Under the pieces are notes generated by a model. The model saw only the letters and a list, made by a program, of their open reading frames with translations. It was not told the origin of the DNA and did not search any database. DNA of 64,000 nucleotides from Takakia lepidozioides. Lineage: Eukaryota > Plantae > Bryophyta. Position numbers and translations under genes: made by a program. Below are positions 62,410 through 64,000 of this stretch, one piece after another (position 1 is the first letter of the stretch; the number at the start of each line of letters is the position of its first letter). The DNA lies in contig CM060731.1 of assembly GCA_030704615.1 (NCBI GenBank), positions 45,632,001 to 45,696,000 of the forward strand. The letters run 5' to 3'.

Positions 62410-64000
62410 CAGGGAAAGAACATTGAAAAGTTCTGCTCAAACAGTGTGCGTTGCCGCACACTTTTGAGCTGGCAGTAAAGGATTCATTTCATCCTCAGAT
62501 ATGTGCCCATGAGGGCCGAAGGTTGCGCCCTTCAATATTGATATGTTCTGCCTAAACAGTGTGCGGTTCCGCAGACTGTTTGAGCTGACCGTGAAGAGTT
62601 CATTTTATCCCCAGAAATATTACACTGAAGACCAAATTTTGCACCCTAAAACATTGAAATGTTCAGCTCAAACAGTGTGCGTTGCCGCACACTGTTTGGG
62701 CTGACAGTGAAGGGTTCATTTCATCCTCACATAGGTGCCCCTGAAGTCCAAATTTTGCACCCAGAAACATTGAAATGTTCATCTCAAACAGTGTGCGTTG
62801 CCGCACACTGTTTGGGCTGACAGTGAAGGGTTCATTTCATCCTCAAACAGGTGCCCCTGAAGTCCAAATTTTGCACCCAGAAACATTGAAATGTTCAGCT
62901 CAAACAGTGTGCGTTGCCGCACACTTTCTGAGCTGGCAGTGAAGGGTTCATTTCACCCCCAGATAACAGACAGCAAGACCAAATTTTGCACCCTAAAACA
63001 TTGAAAAGATCTGCTCAAACAGTGTGCGTTGCCACACACTGTGTGAGCTGGTTGTGAAGGGTTCATTTCAACCTCAGATAACAGACAGCAAGACCAAATT
63101 TTGCACCTAAAACATTGAAATGTTCAGCTCAAACAGTGTGCGTTGCCGCACACTGTTTGGCTGACAGTGAAGGGTTCATTTCATCCTCACATAGGTGCCC
63201 CTGAAGTCCAAATTTTGCACCCTGAAACATTGAAATGTTCAGCTCAAACAGTGTGCGTTGCCGCACACTATTTGGGCTGACAGTGAAGGGTTCATTTCAT
63301 CCTATTATAGGTGCCCCTGAAGTCCAAATTTTGCACCCTGAAACATTGAAATGTTCAGCTCAAACAGTGTGCGTTGCCGCACACTGTCTGAGCTGGCAGT
63401 GAAGGGTTCATTTCACCCTAAGATAGGTGCCCCTGAAGTCCAAATTTTCCACCCTGAAACATTGAAATGTTCAGCTCAAACAGTGTGCGTTGCCGCACAC
63501 TGTCTGAGCTGGCAGTGAAGGGTTCATTCACCCTCAGATAACAGACAGCAAGACCAAATTTTGCACCCTAAAACATTGAAAAGATCTGCTCAAACAGTGT
63601 GCGTTGCCGCACACTGTTTGAGCTGGTTGTGAAGGGTTCATTTCAACCTCAGATAACATACCCTGAAGACCAAATTTTGCACCCTAAAACATTGAAATGT
63701 TCAGCTCAAACAGTGTGCGTTGCCGCACACTGTTTGGGCTGATAGTGAAGGGTTCATTTCATCCTCAAACAGGTCACCCTGAAGTCCAAATTTTGCACCC
63801 AGAAACATTGAAATGTTCAGCTCAAACAGTGTGCGTTGCCGCACACTGTCTGAGCTCGCAGTGAAGGGTTCATTTCACCCCCAGATAACAGACAGCAAGA
63901 CCAAATTTTGCACCCTAAAACATTGAAAAGATCTGCTCAAACAGTGTGCGTTGCCGCACACTGTGTGAGCTGGTTGTGAAGGGTTCATTTCAACCTCAGA
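62410..64000. repeat. ~116-bp satellite (>=14 units, runs off window) with a palindromic core
   Basis: aaacagtgtgcg recurs at about 62439, 62554, 62670, 62786, 62902, 63017, 63131, 63247, 63362, 63478, 63592, 63708, 63824, 63939. Consensus core CAGCTCAAACAGTGTGCG-TTGC-CGCACACTGTTTGAGCTG. Confidence 0.97.

Noticed and set aside
62410-64000. Literal bacterial parS sites or a proven centromeric satellite
   Set aside because: The palindrome does not match the parS consensus (TGTTNCACGTGAAACA), so only an analogy is claimed; centromere function cannot be read from sequence.

Overview
Eukaryotic, intron-rich, transposon-rich DNA from a land plant, most likely a non-seed plant (inferred from gene structure and TE types, not proven). 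Host genes are WDR43/UTP5, mitochondrial ATP synthase subunit d, POMP/UMP1, ELP3 and a mitochondrion-targeted group-3 LEA. There is also a >1500-codon intronless ORF running off the left edge, absent from the ORF track, with motifs I recognise from the mostly fungal DUF6606/DUF3638/DUF3645 family. Positions ~18.8-38.7 kb form a nested TE complex. A decayed Mutator-like element (MULE/SWIM transposase plus Ulp1-like protease) carries a ~14 kb hAT element inserted with an 8-bp TSD. The hAT has three genes (transposase, RING-H2 protein, intact protein kinase), each preceded by a ~52-bp-period array of GCGACCACC..GGTGGTCGC palindromes and a TATA box. A 6,165-bp inversion (31501-37665) with base-resolved breakpoints rearranges this complex. 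The right end has an apparently intact 9-exon gene (~1000 aa) fusing a ParB/Srx-like domain to a beta-class N4C/N6A DNA methyltransferase. It lies between a transposon-like terminus and a ~116-bp satellite whose units each contain a ~40-bp palindrome. The window also contains LINE fragments, a tRNA-derived SINE family and the 3' end of an LTR retrotransposon. All family assignments come from manual translation and motif recognition; no database searches were run.
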